Shown: piece after piece, positions 18,825 to 29,074 of the stretch
Position numbering within the stretch: the first letter of the stretch is position 1
Layout: each line of letters starts with the position of its first letter
Assembly (NCBI GenBank): GCA_019244185.1
Contig: JAFATB010000018.1
Location: 32,001-96,000 of the forward strand
Direction of reading: 5' to 3'
Source of the DNA: Acidobacteriota bacterium
GTDB lineage: Bacteria; Acidobacteriota; Thermoanaerobaculia; Gp7-AA8
Length of the DNA: 64,000 nucleotides
The notes under the pieces: model-generated
The model's database searches: none
Told to the model about the DNA's origin: nothing
Seen by the model: only the letters and a program-made list of their open reading frames with translations
Translations under genes and position numbers: made by a program

Positions 18825-19944
18825 AGACCTCTTTCCGGTCACGAAGAACCTCGTCTACTTCAATCACGCCGCGGTCGGCCCGCTCTCCGTGCGCGCGTAC
18901 GAGGCGATGGAGCGGCACGCGCGCGACCAGCGCGAGTTCGGCGCGCTGCACTGGCGCGACTGGTACGCGGAAGTCGACCGCCTCCGCGAGGCCGCGGCGC
19001 GGCTCATCGGTGCGAACGCGGACGAGATCGCGATCCTCAAGAACACGTCGGAAGGCCTGTCTTTCGTGGCCGAAGGCATCCGCTGGAACGCCGGCGACAA
19101 CGTCGTCACGACGGCGATGGAGTTCCCGTCGAACTGGACGCCGTGGCAGGCGCTCGCGCCGCGCGGCGTCGAAACGCGCGTCGCCGAAAACGCCACCGCC
19201 GCCGCGATCGCGCCGCTCCTCGACGACCGCACGCGCGTCGTCAGCGTCTCGTCCGTCGCGTTCCACAACGGCTTCGTCGCCGAGCTCGACGCGATCGGCG
19301 CACTCTGCGCGTCGCGCAATGTGCTCTTCGTCGTCGACGCGATTCAGAGCGTCGGCGTGCTGCCGATCGACGTGCGCCGCTCGGGCATTCACGTGCTCGC
19401 GGCGGATGGACACAAGTGGATGTGCGGTCCGGAGAGCTGCGCGCTCTTCTTCGTCGCCGCGGAACGTCGCGACGAACTGCAGGTGCTCGAGCACGGCTGG
19501 ACGAACATCGAGCGCGGCGGGAAGTTCATCGGCTGCGACGTCGCGCTCGTTCCCGACGCGCGCCGTTTCGAGGCGGGCTCGCTGAACACGAACGGCATCT
19601 ACGGTCTGCGCGCGGCGCTCGAACTGCTGCTGGAGATCGGCATCGAGACGGTGGCGTCGCATGCGATCGCCGTCGCCGCGGAGCTCGCGGACGGACTGGC
19701 CTCGATCGGCTGGAGCGTCGCGTCGCCGCGTCCGATCCGCTCCGGCATCGTCGGCGCGATTCCACCGGCCGTAGAAAACGACGCGTCGAAGTCGCTGTTG
19801 TGGTACCACCGGCGCCTCGAGGAAAACGGCGTCGTCTGCGCGCCGCGCGAAGGAATGCTGAGGTTTTCGCCGCATTTCTACAACGACCGCCTCGATGTCG
19901 CGCGCGTCGTGTCTGTGTTGCGGGGGTTATCATCATCGACATGA
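18805..19944 (+). CDS. Class V PLP-dependent aminotransferase (cysteine desulfurase-like)
   Basis: YFNHAAVGP, VDAIQSVG, GHKWMCGP, RFEAGS, RFSPHFYN. Confidence 0.88.
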   Translation: MSSASFRDLFPVTKNLVYFNHAAVGPLSVRAYEAMERHARDQREFGALHWRDWYAEVDRLREAAARLIGANADEIAILKNTSEGLSFVAEGIRWNAGDNVVTTAMEFPSNWTPWQALAPRGVETRVAENATAAAIAPLLDDRTRVVSVSSVAFHNGFVAELDAIGALCASRNVLFVVDAIQSVGVLPIDVRRSGIHVLAADGHKWMCGPESCALFFVAAERRDELQVLEHGWTNIERGGKFIGCDVALVPDARRFEAGSLNTNGIYGLRAALELLLEIGIETVASHAIAVAAELADGLASIGWSVASPRPIRSGIVGAIPPAVENDASKSLLWYHRRLEENGVVCAPREGMLRFSPHFYNDRLDVARVVSVLRGLSSST

Positions 19945-21386
19945 CGATCATGGTGTTGTTTCTCTGCGTGATCGCGCTGCTGCTCGGTGCGATCGGAGGG
20001 TGGGTGGTTGGGAGCGCGAGGAAGAGCGCCGAGGCGCGGAAGGCGCTCGCGCAGCGCGACCAGGCGCTCGTGGAACGCGATCGCGCGGCCGCGGAGCGCG
20101 AGAAGGCGAAGATCGAGCGCGATCTCATGCGCGCGGAGCGCGAGCGCAGCGACGCCGAACGTCTGGCGATGCAGCAGCGCGTCGAGGATGCGCAGCAGGC
20201 GCGCGCCGCCGCCGACGCGCGCGTCGCGGAGGCGGAGAAGCTCCTCACCAATCACGAAGAAATGCGGCGCCAGCTCGAGGGCACGTTCGCGAGTCTCGCG
20301 CAGCGCGCGTTCCAGGCCGCGGGCGAGAACCTCGTGGCGATGAACAAGACCCAGATCGACGGCACGCTCGACACGAAGAAAGTCGAGATCGACGGCCTGC
20401 TCAAGCCGCTGCGCGACATGCTCGAGCAGTACCGCGGCGAAGTGCTCAAGAGCGAGCGCGTGCGCAACGAAAGCTACGGCGGACTGCAGGAGCAGATCCG
20501 CGCGCTGCTGGCCGCACAGGAATCGACGCAGCGCGAGGCGTCGCGTCTCGCGAACGTCCTGCAGTCGCCGACGGTCCGCGGCTCGTGGGGCGAGAACTCG
20601 CTGCGCCGCTGCATCGAGCTCGCCGGCATGAGCGAGTTCTGCGACTTCGACGTGCAGTTCACGGTCGTCTCCGACGATGGCCGCCGCCTGCGCCCCGATC
20701 TCATCGTCCGCCTGCCGAACAACCGCGCCATCGCCGTCGATGCGAAGGCGCCGCTGAACGAATACGCGAGCGCCGCCGACGAGACCGACGAGACGCGCAA
20801 GCGCGAGGCGCTCGCCGCGCACGCGAAGATGCTGCGGCGCCACATCGATGGCCTCAGCCGCCGCGACTATCAGGCCAGCATCGGCGACACGCTCGACTTC
20901 ACGGTGATGTATCTGCCGGGCGAGCACTTCCTCTCCGCCGCGCTCGTCACCGACCCGTCGCTCTTCGAATACGCGGTCGAACGCAAGATCTACCTCGCGT
21001 CGCCGACCGTGCTCCTGCCGCTGCTGCGCGCGGTGGCCGCGGGCTGGAAAGCGGAGCGCACGGAAGAGAACGCGAAGAAGCTGCACGACGCGGGCGTCGA
21101 GCTCTTCAATCGCTTCGTTAAGGTGATGGAGCACGTCGCCGACGTCGGCACCGCGCTGCGGCGCACGGTCGAGAAGTACAACGGCGCGATCGGCTCGATC
21201 GACCGCATGCTCTGGCCGAAGGGCGAAGAGCTGCAGCGCCTCGCCGGCAGCGGCAAAGAGCTCGGTGCGCTCAACCAGATCGAAGCGGTGCCGCTCGAGT
21301 CGTCGAAGCTGCGGCTCACGATGCAGAACGAAGAGCCGGGGCTGCTTTTCGCGATCGACGGCCGGCCGCTCGAGGGAACTTCGTAG
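19941..21386 (+). CDS. rmuC: DNA recombination protein RmuC
   Basis: N-terminal TM plus coiled coil; RGSWGE, LRPD, VDAKAP, DFTVMYLPGE, SPT. Confidence 0.93.
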   Translation: MTIMVLFLCVIALLLGAIGGWVVGSARKSAEARKALAQRDQALVERDRAAAEREKAKIERDLMRAERERSDAERLAMQQRVEDAQQARAAADARVAEAEKLLTNHEEMRRQLEGTFASLAQRAFQAAGENLVAMNKTQIDGTLDTKKVEIDGLLKPLRDMLEQYRGEVLKSERVRNESYGGLQEQIRALLAAQESTQREASRLANVLQSPTVRGSWGENSLRRCIELAGMSEFCDFDVQFTVVSDDGRRLRPDLIVRLPNNRAIAVDAKAPLNEYASAADETDETRKREALAAHAKMLRRHIDGLSRRDYQASIGDTLDFTVMYLPGEHFLSAALVTDPSLFEYAVERKIYLASPTVLLPLLRAVAAGWKAERTEENAKKLHDAGVELFNRFVKVMEHVADVGTALRRTVEKYNGAIGSIDRMLWPKGEELQRLAGSGKELGALNQIEAVPLESSKLRLTMQNEEPGLLFAIDGRPLEGTS

Positions 21387-21414
21387 CCGCGAGCTGTGTT
21401 ACGATCGGCGTCTC

Positions 21415-21486
21415 ATGACCCGCCACCTTCAGGAGCACGAGCCGCTGCAGAGTCTCAACGCCGGCTCGTTGCTTTGGCCGGCGTAA
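21415..21486 (+). CDS. Candidate trp operon leader peptide (23 aa, single Trp)
   Basis: MTRHLQEHEPLQSLNAGSLLWPA upstream of trpG; extended -10-like TGTTACGAT just upstream. Confidence 0.4.
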   Translation: MTRHLQEHEPLQSLNAGSLLWPA

Positions 21487-21572
21487 CCGCCGCGTTCCCC
21501 CATTTCCTCTGACGTTGATTCGATGGCGATGGTGATCGCCCGCGTCCGCCTTTCCATTCGCCGGAGGAACGC

Positions 21573-22142
21573 ATGATCACCGTCATCGACAACTACGATT
21601 CATTCACCTACAACCTCGTGCAGCAGCTCGAGCGCCTCGCGGGCGAGCGGCTGCGCATCATCCGCAACGACGCGTTCGAGCCCGCGGAACTGCTGCACGA
21701 GCGGCCGCGCGCGCTCGTGATCTCGCCCGGCCCCGGCACGCCCGCGCGCGCCGGCCGCTGCATCGATCTCATTCGCGCGAACACTTCGATCCCGCTCCTC
21801 GGCGTCTGCCTCGGACATCAGGCGATCGCCGAGGCGTTCGGCGCGAGCGTCGTGCGCGGGAGTTTGCCCGTGCACGGGAAAGTGAGCGAGGTGCGCCACG
21901 GCGGCGAGCGGCTGTTCAAGGACTGCCCGACGCCGATGCACACCGCGCGCTATCACTCGCTCGTCGTCGCGCGCGAAACGCTGCCGGACGTTTTCACGGT
22001 CGACGCGGAGACCGACGATGGCGCGGTCATGGCGGTGTCGCATCGCATGCGCCCGATCTTCGGCATCCAGTTCCATCCCGAGTCGTACGGAACCGCGGGC
22101 GGCGATCAGCTGATCCGCAACTTTCTCGGAGGTCTCGCATGA
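21573..22142 (+). CDS. trpG: Anthranilate synthase component II (glutamine amidotransferase)
   Basis: IDNYDSFTYNL, SPGPG, GVCLGHQ, RYHSL, QFHPES. Confidence 0.95.
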   Translation: MITVIDNYDSFTYNLVQQLERLAGERLRIIRNDAFEPAELLHERPRALVISPGPGTPARAGRCIDLIRANTSIPLLGVCLGHQAIAEAFGASVVRGSLPVHGKVSEVRHGGERLFKDCPTPMHTARYHSLVVARETLPDVFTVDAETDDGAVMAVSHRMRPIFGIQFHPESYGTAGGDQLIRNFLGGLA

Positions 22143-23164
22143 TCGCCGACGCCATCAAACGCGTGGTCGACGGCCGGCACCTCGGCCGCGACGAAATGCG
22201 GGAGGTCTTCGGCGCCGTCATGGACGGCCGCACGACAGACGTGCAGAAGTCGGCGCTCCTGGTCGCGCTGCGGATGAAAGGCGAGACGCCGGACGAGATC
22301 GCCGGCGCCGCGCTGGCCATGCGCGAGCGCGTGACGCCGCTCGACGTTGACGGTGTCAACCTGGTGGACACCTGCGGGACCGGCGGCGACGGCCGCGGCA
22401 CGTTCAACGTGTCCACCATCGCCGCGATCGTCGCCGCGGGCGCAGGCGCGAAGGTCGCGAAACACGGCAACCGCGCGGTGTCGTCGTCGTGCGGCAGCGC
22501 CGATCTCCTCGCCGCGCTCGGCGTCAACATCGATCTCGACGCCGCGCGCATGTCGGCGGTGCTGCGCCGCACCGGCATCGCGTTTCTCTTCGCGCCAAAG
22601 CTGCATCCCGCGATGAGCGCCGTGGCCGGCGTGCGGCGCGAGCTCGGCGTGCGCACGATCTTCAACGTCCTCGGCCCGCTCACGAACCCCGCGTTCGCGC
22701 GGCGGCAGGTGCTCGGCGTGTACGCGGAGCGGCTCGTCGATGTGGTCGCGCGCGTCCTCGCCGCGCTCGGCGTCGAGCACGCGCTCGTCGTGCACAGCCG
22801 CGACGGTCTCGACGAGATCTCCGTCTCCGCGCCGACGGTTGTCTGCGAGGTGCGCGACGGCGAGGTGCGCTCGTACGAGCTCACGCCGGACGATCTCGGT
22901 CTCGCCACGCACACACTCGACGATCTCCTCGGCGGCGACGCCCGCATGAACGCGACGATCGCGCGCGCAATCCTCGAAGGTGCCGGCGACGCGCGCCACG
23001 ACATCGTCGTCGCGAACGCCGGCGCCGCGTTGTACGTGGCCGGACTCGCGCCGACGATCCGCGACGGTGTCGCGCTCGCGCGCGAGTCGCTCGCGAGCGC
23101 GCGGGCGTTAGGAAAATTGGAAGAGTTGATCGCGGCAAGCCGCGAGCTCGGAGGCGCCGCATGA
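22139..23164 (+). CDS. trpD: Anthranilate phosphoribosyltransferase
   Basis: DTCGTGGDG, NVST, KHGNR, RTIFNVLGPL, DGLDE. Confidence 0.96.
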   Translation: MIADAIKRVVDGRHLGRDEMREVFGAVMDGRTTDVQKSALLVALRMKGETPDEIAGAALAMRERVTPLDVDGVNLVDTCGTGGDGRGTFNVSTIAAIVAAGAGAKVAKHGNRAVSSSCGSADLLAALGVNIDLDAARMSAVLRRTGIAFLFAPKLHPAMSAVAGVRRELGVRTIFNVLGPLTNPAFARRQVLGVYAERLVDVVARVLAALGVEHALVVHSRDGLDEISVSAPTVVCEVRDGEVRSYELTPDDLGLATHTLDDLLGGDARMNATIARAILEGAGDARHDIVVANAGAALYVAGLAPTIRDGVALARESLASARALGKLEELIAASRELGGAA

Positions 23165-23931
23165 CCGTCCTCGACCAGATCGTCGAACGTACGCGCGAGC
23201 GCCTCCGCACCGAAAGCAAGCCCGATCGCCGCGCGGCGGAAGACGTCGCGGCCTCGCGCGCGCCGTTCGCGTTTCGCGAGGCGCTCGCACGCGACGGCGT
23301 GAACGTCATCGCCGAGATCAAGTCCGCGTCGCCGTCGGCGGGATCCATCATCGACAACCCCGACGTCGAAGCGATCGCGCGCGAGTACGCGCGGGGCGGA
23401 GCCGCGGCACTCTCGGTCGTCACCGAGCCGGAGTTCTTCCGCGGCTCGCGCGAATGGCTTGCGCGCGCGAGCGGTGCGGCGGCGTTGCCGGTGGTGATGA
23501 AAGACTTCGTCGTCGAGCCGTCGCAAATCGTGCGCGGGATCGCGGCGGGCGCCAACGCGATCCTGCTGCTCGCGTCGCTGCTCGACACCGCGCGCATCCG
23601 CGACTTCGTGGCGCTTCTCGAAGCCTACGGCTGCGACGCGCTCGTCGAAGTGCACGACGAGGAAGAGCTCGAGCGCGCGGTCGCGGGCAGCGCGCGCATC
23701 ATCGGCGTCAACAATCGAGATCTGCGCGATTTCCGCGTCGATCTCGCCACCTCCGAACGGCTCGGCGCGCGCATGCCGGCCGATGCGATCCGCGTCGCGG
23801 AAAGCGGCATCCGCACGCACGCGGACGTCGCGCGGCTGCGCAACGTTGGCTTTCACGCGTTTCTCGTCGGCGAATCGCTCCTTCGACAACACGACCGCGC
23901 CGCCGCCGTGCGCGCGTTGATCGAGCCATGA
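23161..23931 (+). CDS. trpC: Indole-3-glycerol phosphate synthase
   Basis: [30 protein letters not shown]. Confidence 0.95.
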   Translation: MTVLDQIVERTRERLRTESKPDRRAAEDVAASRAPFAFREALARDGVNVIAEIKSASPSAGSIIDNPDVEAIAREYARGGAAALSVVTEPEFFRGSREWLARASGAAALPVVMKDFVVEPSQIVRGIAAGANAILLLASLLDTARIRDFVALLEAYGCDALVEVHDEEELERAVAGSARIIGVNNRDLRDFRVDLATSERLGARMPADAIRVAESGIRTHADVARLRNVGFHAFLVGESLLRQHDRAAAVRALIEP

Positions 23932-24533
23932 CCAAGCTCAAGATCTGCGGCATCACGCGACTCGAAGACGCGCAACTCTGCGCCGACAACGAAGTCGATT
24001 TTCTCGGCTTCATCTTCGTCCCCGAGTCGCCGCGCTACATCGAGCCGGAACGCGCGGCGGAGATCGCGTCGCGCGTGCGCGGTCCGCGCTTCGTGGGCGT
24101 GTTCCGCGACGCCGCGCCGGAGCTCGTGCGCGAGACGGCGCGCATCGCGAACGTCGACTTCGTGCAACTGCACGGCGCCGAATCCGAAGACGACATCCGC
24201 GAGATCGGATTGCCGTCGATCAAAGCGCTGCGCGTCGGCGACACGCTGCCCGACACCACGGCCACGCCGAGCGCGCAGTGGCTGCTCTTCGACACCTACG
24301 ACGAACGCCGCGGCGGCGGCACCGGCCGTCGCTTCGACTGGTCGCTGCTCGCGCTGTACGCGCGCACGCAACCGTTCTTTCTCTCCGGCGGCCTCGGCCC
24401 CGACAACGTCGCCGCCGCGATCAGCCTCGTGCGCCCCGACGCGATCGACGTCTCCAGCGGCGTCGAAGCGTCGCCCGGCGTGAAAGACCACGACAAACTC
24501 CGCAACCTCTTCGAGAGGATCCGACGCTCATGA
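23928..24533 (+). CDS. trpF: Phosphoribosylanthranilate isomerase
   Basis: KICGIT, QLHG, GGTG, SGGL, DVSSGVE. Confidence 0.95.
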   Translation: MTKLKICGITRLEDAQLCADNEVDFLGFIFVPESPRYIEPERAAEIASRVRGPRFVGVFRDAAPELVRETARIANVDFVQLHGAESEDDIREIGLPSIKALRVGDTLPDTTATPSAQWLLFDTYDERRGGGTGRRFDWSLLALYARTQPFFLSGGLGPDNVAAAISLVRPDAIDVSSGVEASPGVKDHDKLRNLFERIRRS

Positions 24534-25714
24534 CGGCAGTGCTTCCCGACAAACACGGTTTCTTCGGCACGTTCGGCGGACAGTTCGTCCCCGAAACGTT
24601 GATGGCCGCGCTCGACGAATTTGAGCGCGCGTACAAGCAGCTCAAACGCGACCGCGCGTTTCGCGACGAGCTGCACGACATCCTCGGCGAGTTCGTGGGG
24701 CGTCCGACGCCGCTCACCGAGGCGCGAAGGTTCGCGTCGCTGGCAAACGGCGCGTTTCGCTTGTTTCTAAAACGCGAAGACCTCAACCACACCGGCGCGC
24801 ACAAGATCAACAACGCCATCGGCCAGGCGCTCATCGCGAAACGCATGGGCAAGCAGCGCGTGATCGCGGAGACCGGCGCGGGACAGCACGGCGTCGCCAC
24901 CGCCACCGCGTGCGCGCTCCTCGGCTTGCAATGCGTCGTCTACATGGGCGAAGTCGACATGGCGCGGCAGGAGCTCAACGTCTTCCGCATGCGCCTCCTC
25001 GGCGCGGAAGTCGTCCCCGTGACGAGCGGCAGCCGGACGCTGAAAGACGCGATCAACGAGGCCATCCGCGACTGGGTCACGAACGTCCGCACCACGCACT
25101 ACATCATCGGCTCGGTGCTCGGGCCGCATCCGTATCCGATGATCGTGCGCGACTTCCAGTCCGTCATCGGACGCGAGGCGCTCGCGCAGCTGAAGAAGAA
25201 AACCGGCGCGCTGCCGGACGTCGCGATCGCGTGCGTCGGCGGCGGCTCGAACGCGATCGGCCTCTTCTACGAGATGCTCCCGCACCCGTCGATCCGGATG
25301 ATCGGCGTCGAAGCGGGCGGGCGCGGCGCGCAGCTCGGCGAACATGCCGCGCGTTTCTCCGGCGGCGCGCTGGGCGTGCTGCACGGCACGCGCTCGATGG
25401 TGCTGCAGGACGAGTTCGGACAGATCGCGGAGACGCATTCGATCTCCGCGGGACTCGACTACCCATCGATTGGTCCCGAGCACGCGTACCTGCAGGAAAT
25501 CGGACGCGTCGAATACCACGACTGCAGCGACGACCTCGCGCTCGAGGCGTTCCACAAGCTCAGCGAGTCGGAAGGCATCATCCCGGCGCTCGAGTCGTCG
25601 CACGCCCTCGGGTGGCTGCTGCGCAACGGGCAGACGATCGCGCGCGACGCGGTCGTGGTCGTGAATCTCTCCGGACGCGGCGACAAGGACGTGCCGCAGG
25701 TGGCCGCCCTATGA
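24530..25714 (+). CDS. trpB: Tryptophan synthase beta chain
   Basis: [43 protein letters not shown]. Confidence 0.97.
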   Translation: MTAVLPDKHGFFGTFGGQFVPETLMAALDEFERAYKQLKRDRAFRDELHDILGEFVGRPTPLTEARRFASLANGAFRLFLKREDLNHTGAHKINNAIGQALIAKRMGKQRVIAETGAGQHGVATATACALLGLQCVVYMGEVDMARQELNVFRMRLLGAEVVPVTSGSRTLKDAINEAIRDWVTNVRTTHYIIGSVLGPHPYPMIVRDFQSVIGREALAQLKKKTGALPDVAIACVGGGSNAIGLFYEMLPHPSIRMIGVEAGGRGAQLGEHAARFSGGALGVLHGTRSMVLQDEFGQIAETHSISAGLDYPSIGPEHAYLQEIGRVEYHDCSDDLALEAFHKLSESEGIIPALESSHALGWLLRNGQTIARDAVVVVNLSGRGDKDVPQVAAL

Positions 25715-26526
25715 AACGCGTCGAGACGTTGTTCCGCCGTCTGAAACGCGAGCGCCGCTGCGGCCTCATCGCGTACGTCACGTGCGGCGACGGCGACACG
25801 GGGCGTATCGTCGACGCGCTCGCGCGCGCCGGCGCCGACGCGATCGAGCTCGGGATTCCGTTCTCCGATCCGATCGCCGACGGCCCGGTGATCCAGGCGG
25901 CGTCGCAGCGCGCATTGCAGCACGGGACGACGACGCACGACGTCTTCGCCATCGCGCGCGCGATCCGCGCGCTGCACGCCGACCTGCCGCTGATCGCGTT
26001 CTCGTATCTCAATCCGATTCTCCGCTACGGTGCGCGGCGCTTCGCGCACGACGCGTGCGAGGCCGGCATCGACGCCGTTTTGCTGACGGACCTGCCGCCC
26101 GAGGCAGCGGCGGAGTTGCGGAAAGAGCTCCGGGAGGAAGGATTGGGAGCCGTTTTTCTGCTTGCCCCGACTTCCACCGATGCGCGCATCCGCGCCATCG
26201 ACCGCGCGTCGGACGGCTTCGTCTACTACGTCTCGACGACGGGCGTGACCGGCGCGCGTCGCGAGCTCGATCCCTCGCTCCTCGGCCGTCTCGACGAAGT
26301 ACGCGCGAAGCTCAGACATCCGATCGCCGTCGGCTTCGGCATCTCGCGGCATGAACACTACGAACTGCTGCGCGAGCACTGCGACGCGATCGTCGTCGGC
26401 AGCGCGATCGTGCGTGCCATCGGCGAAGGCGATGCGGACGGCGCGGCCGAACGCGCGGCGAACGTCGTGCGCGGCATTCTCGACACCGCCATTCTTGACA
26501 CCGCGAGCATCGCGCCCGTACCCTGA
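25711..26526 (+). CDS. trpA: Tryptophan synthase alpha chain
   Basis: [33 protein letters not shown]. Confidence 0.97.
   Translation: MKRVETLFRRLKRERRCGLIAYVTCGDGDTGRIVDALARAGADAIELGIPFSDPIADGPVIQAASQRALQHGTTTHDVFAIARAIRALHADLPLIAFSYLNPILRYGARRFAHDACEAGIDAVLLTDLPPEAAAELRKELREEGLGAVFLLAPTSTDARIRAIDRASDGFVYYVSTTGVTGARRELDPSLLGRLDEVRAKLRHPIAVGFGISRHEHYELLREHCDAIVVGSAIVRAIGEGDADGAAERAANVVRGILDTAILDTASIAPVP
26495..26524 (+). promoter_or_regulatory. Putative sigma70 promoter inside the trpA 3' end, driving the Tyr leader
   Basis: TTGACA (26495-26500), 18-nt spacer, TACCCT (26519-26524); leader ATG at 26534. Confidence 0.55.
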
Positions 26527-26533
26527 CGCGCAC

Positions 26534-26584
26534 ATGAATCACAGCGCCCTTCGCTACGCGTATTACTACGGCTACTACAGCTAG
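26534..26584 (+). CDS. Tyr-rich attenuator leader peptide
   Basis: MNHSALRYAYYYGYYS, 6 Tyr codons in the last 9; immediately upstream of chorismate mutase and DAHP synthase. Confidence 0.85.
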   Translation: MNHSALRYAYYYGYYS

Positions 26585-26645
26585 CGTGGGGCAACGACCG
26601 CCCCGACGCGAGAAGGGGCGCTCGAACGGCAACGGATCATCGACG

Positions 26646-26679
26646 ACCTCTTCTCCGGCGGGAGAAGAGGTTTTCGTTT
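26646..26679 (+). terminator. Attenuator terminator / RBS-sequestering hairpin
   Basis: ACCTCTTCTCC-ggcg-GGAGAAGAGGT followed by TTTCGTTT, then the chorismate mutase ATG at 26680. Confidence 0.82.
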
Positions 26680-26970
26680 ATGAATCGAACCGATGCCGAA
26701 GCCGAGCTGACGCGCCTCCGTGAAGCGATCGACCGCGTCGACGACGTGCTGGTCAAGCTCCTCAACCAGCGCGCGAAATACGCCGTCGAAATCGGCGAGA
26801 TCAAAGGCCTGCTCGCGCTGCCGATCTACGCGCCCGAGCGCGAGAAGCAGGTCCTCCAGCACGTCGAGGATGCGTCGCAGGGGCCGCTGCACGGCACCGC
26901 GATCCGCCGCCTCTTCGAACGCATCATCGACGAGTCGCGCCGCGTGGAACGAGAGTCCGCGAACGCATAG
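26680..26970 (+). CDS. Chorismate mutase (AroQ class)
   Basis: LREAIDRVD..LLNQRA..IGEIK..IYAPERE..IIDESR. Confidence 0.93.
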   Translation: MNRTDAEAELTRLREAIDRVDDVLVKLLNQRAKYAVEIGEIKGLLALPIYAPEREKQVLQHVEDASQGPLHGTAIRRLFERIIDESRRVERESANA

Positions 26971-27005
26971 ATACGCGAGTCCGCACAAGCGTAAAAGGAG
27001 AAGTC

Positions 27006-28019
27006 ATGGTCATCGTCATGCAGAAGCACGCGCCCGACGCGAGCATCGAACACGTGGTCGCGGAGCTGATCTCGCGCGGCTTCGACGTGCATCGTTCCAC
27101 CGGCTCGGACCAAACGGTCCTCGGCGTCGTCGGCCACGTCGACACGATCGATCCGCGCGAGTTCGAGCTCTTCGACGGCGTGCAGGAAGTCGTGCGCGTC
27201 AGCGAGCCGTACAAGCTCTCGAGCCGCACGTTCAAGCGCGAGAAGACCGTCGTCAACGCGCGCGGTGTCGAGATCGGCGGCGACAAGGTCGTGGTCATGG
27301 CCGGGCCGTGCACGATCGAAAGCGAGACGCAGCTCTTCGAGACCGCGCGCCGCGTCGCGCGTGCCGGCGCGCGCGTCCTGCGCGGCGGCGCGTACAAGCC
27401 GCGCACGTCGCCGTACGCGTTTCAGGGCATGGGCGTCGAAGGCCTCAAGCTGCTGCGCGCGGCGGGCGACGAGACGAACATGGCCACGGTCTCCGAGGTG
27501 ATGGAGATCTCGCAGATCGAAACGATGCTCGAGTACGTGGACATCCTGCAGGTCGGCGCGCGCAACATGCAGAACTACAACCTGCTGTCGGCGCTTGGGC
27601 AGATCCGCAAGCCGGTGCTGCTCAAGCGCGGCATGTCCGCCACGATTCAGGAATGGCTGCTCGCCGCCGAGTACATCATGGCCGGCGGCAACTACGACAT
27701 CATCCTCTGCGAGCGCGGCATCCGCACGTTCGAGACGTACACGCGCAACACGTTCGACATCTCGGCGATCCCGGTGATCGGGAAGCTCTCGCATCTGCCG
27801 ATCGTCGGCGATCCGTCGCACGCGGTGGGACGGCGCGACAAGGTGATGCCGGTTGCGCGCGCGGTCGTGGCCGCGGGCGGCGACGGGCTGCTCATCGAGG
27901 TGCATCACGATCCGGACAAGGCGGTGTGCGACGGACCGCAGTCGCTGTATCCCGATCAGTTCGCGCGTCTCATGGACGAACTGCGTATCATCGTGCCGGC
28001 GGTGGGACGAAGCGTGTGA
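27006..28019 (+). CDS. aroF: DAHP synthase (type I-beta, with N-terminal regulatory domain)
   Basis: AGPC, RGGAYKPRTSPY, GARNMQN, LKRG, CERGIRTFE, DPSH. Confidence 0.94.
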   Translation: MVIVMQKHAPDASIEHVVAELISRGFDVHRSTGSDQTVLGVVGHVDTIDPREFELFDGVQEVVRVSEPYKLSSRTFKREKTVVNARGVEIGGDKVVVMAGPCTIESETQLFETARRVARAGARVLRGGAYKPRTSPYAFQGMGVEGLKLLRAAGDETNMATVSEVMEISQIETMLEYVDILQVGARNMQNYNLLSALGQIRKPVLLKRGMSATIQEWLLAAEYIMAGGNYDIILCERGIRTFETYTRNTFDISAIPVIGKLSHLPIVGDPSHAVGRRDKVMPVARAVVAAGGDGLLIEVHHDPDKAVCDGPQSLYPDQFARLMDELRIIVPAVGRSV

Positions 28020-29074
28020 TGGTCGTTGGGGTCCGGACGAAGACCGCGCTCACGATTGCCGCGGCGGCGGTGCTCGTCCGCGCGCTCGTGCTCGTCGCGT
28101 CGATGTACGCCGGCCATCTCTCGATCGCGCAACTCGCCGACGCGCGCGATGGCCGGTCGTACCTGCACTACGCCGCGGCAGCGCGTGCGCCGAACGGGTT
28201 CGCGTCGTTGCCGGAGTACGACCGGCGCGTGTTTCCCGGCTATCCGGCGCTGCTGGCCGTGCTGCGCCTCGATGCGATGCCGCTGCTCGCGATGATCGTG
28301 AACTGGCTCGCCGCCGGCGCGGTGGCGGCGCTCTGCTTCGTGCTGTTCGATGACGCACGCATCGGCTGGGCAATGGCGGTGCTCACGCCGAGCTACGTCA
28401 TGTACTCGACCGTGCTGATGACGGAGCCGCTCGTGCTGCTCCTCGGCGTTGGCGCGTTGTACTTCGGCCGTCGCGAGCGTCCGGCGTTCGCGGGCGCGGC
28501 ACTCGGACTCGACGCGCTCGTGCGTCCGCTTGCGCTGCCGCTCGGACTCGCGTTTCTCGCCGAACGGCGCAAGTCGCCGCGCGCGATCGTCGTCGCGGTC
28601 ATCGCCGCCGTGGTCGCGATCGCGATCGGCGCGGCGTGCTTCGTCTGGTGGTCGGGCTCGTTGTCGTCGGGCGTGCGCGTCTACGCGAGCGATCCGCGCG
28701 CGTACGGCGGCTCGAGCATGTTCACGTGGCCGTTCGCGTCGCTCGTGCGGACGTCGCTCGCGCCCGGCATCGCGAAGTGGAAGATCGCGTACATCTGGCT
28801 GCACGTCATCGCCGCCCTCGGCGCGCTCGTGCCGCTCGCACGCAACGCGCGGCGCGAGTTCCCTCCGTTCGTCTGGCACGCGTCGAACATGCTGCTCGTG
28901 CTCTGCGTCGGCGGCGTCTGGGGCTTCCACGAGTTCCATCGTCTGATCGTGCCGTCGCTGCCGCCGCTGTTCTGGGCGTATCGGCGCCTGCTGCCGTCGC
29001 GCACGCTCGCGTGGATCGCGATCGCACTGCTGTCCGCCGCCGTCGCGGCGAAGGGACTCAGTCACGGCTGGTAA
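28019..29074 (+). CDS. Polytopic membrane protein, possibly a GT-C glycosyltransferase
   Basis: Many TM segments; D..Y..A..FPGYP loop after TM1; TEPL. Confidence 0.55.
   Translation: MVVGVRTKTALTIAAAAVLVRALVLVASMYAGHLSIAQLADARDGRSYLHYAAAARAPNGFASLPEYDRRVFPGYPALLAVLRLDAMPLLAMIVNWLAAGAVAALCFVLFDDARIGWAMAVLTPSYVMYSTVLMTEPLVLLLGVGALYFGRRERPAFAGAALGLDALVRPLALPLGLAFLAERRKSPRAIVVAVIAAVVAIAIGAACFVWWSGSLSSGVRVYASDPRAYGGSSMFTWPFASLVRTSLAPGIAKWKIAYIWLHVIAALGALVPLARNARREFPPFVWHASNMLLVLCVGGVWGFHEFHRLIVPSLPPLFWAYRRLLPSRTLAWIAIALLSAAVAAKGLSHGW

Noticed and set aside
26476-26505. 15-bp tandem repeat ([10 protein letters not shown]) at the trpA end as a separate element
   Set aside because: Too short to call on its own; its second copy supplies the TTGACA already reported with the Tyr leader promoter
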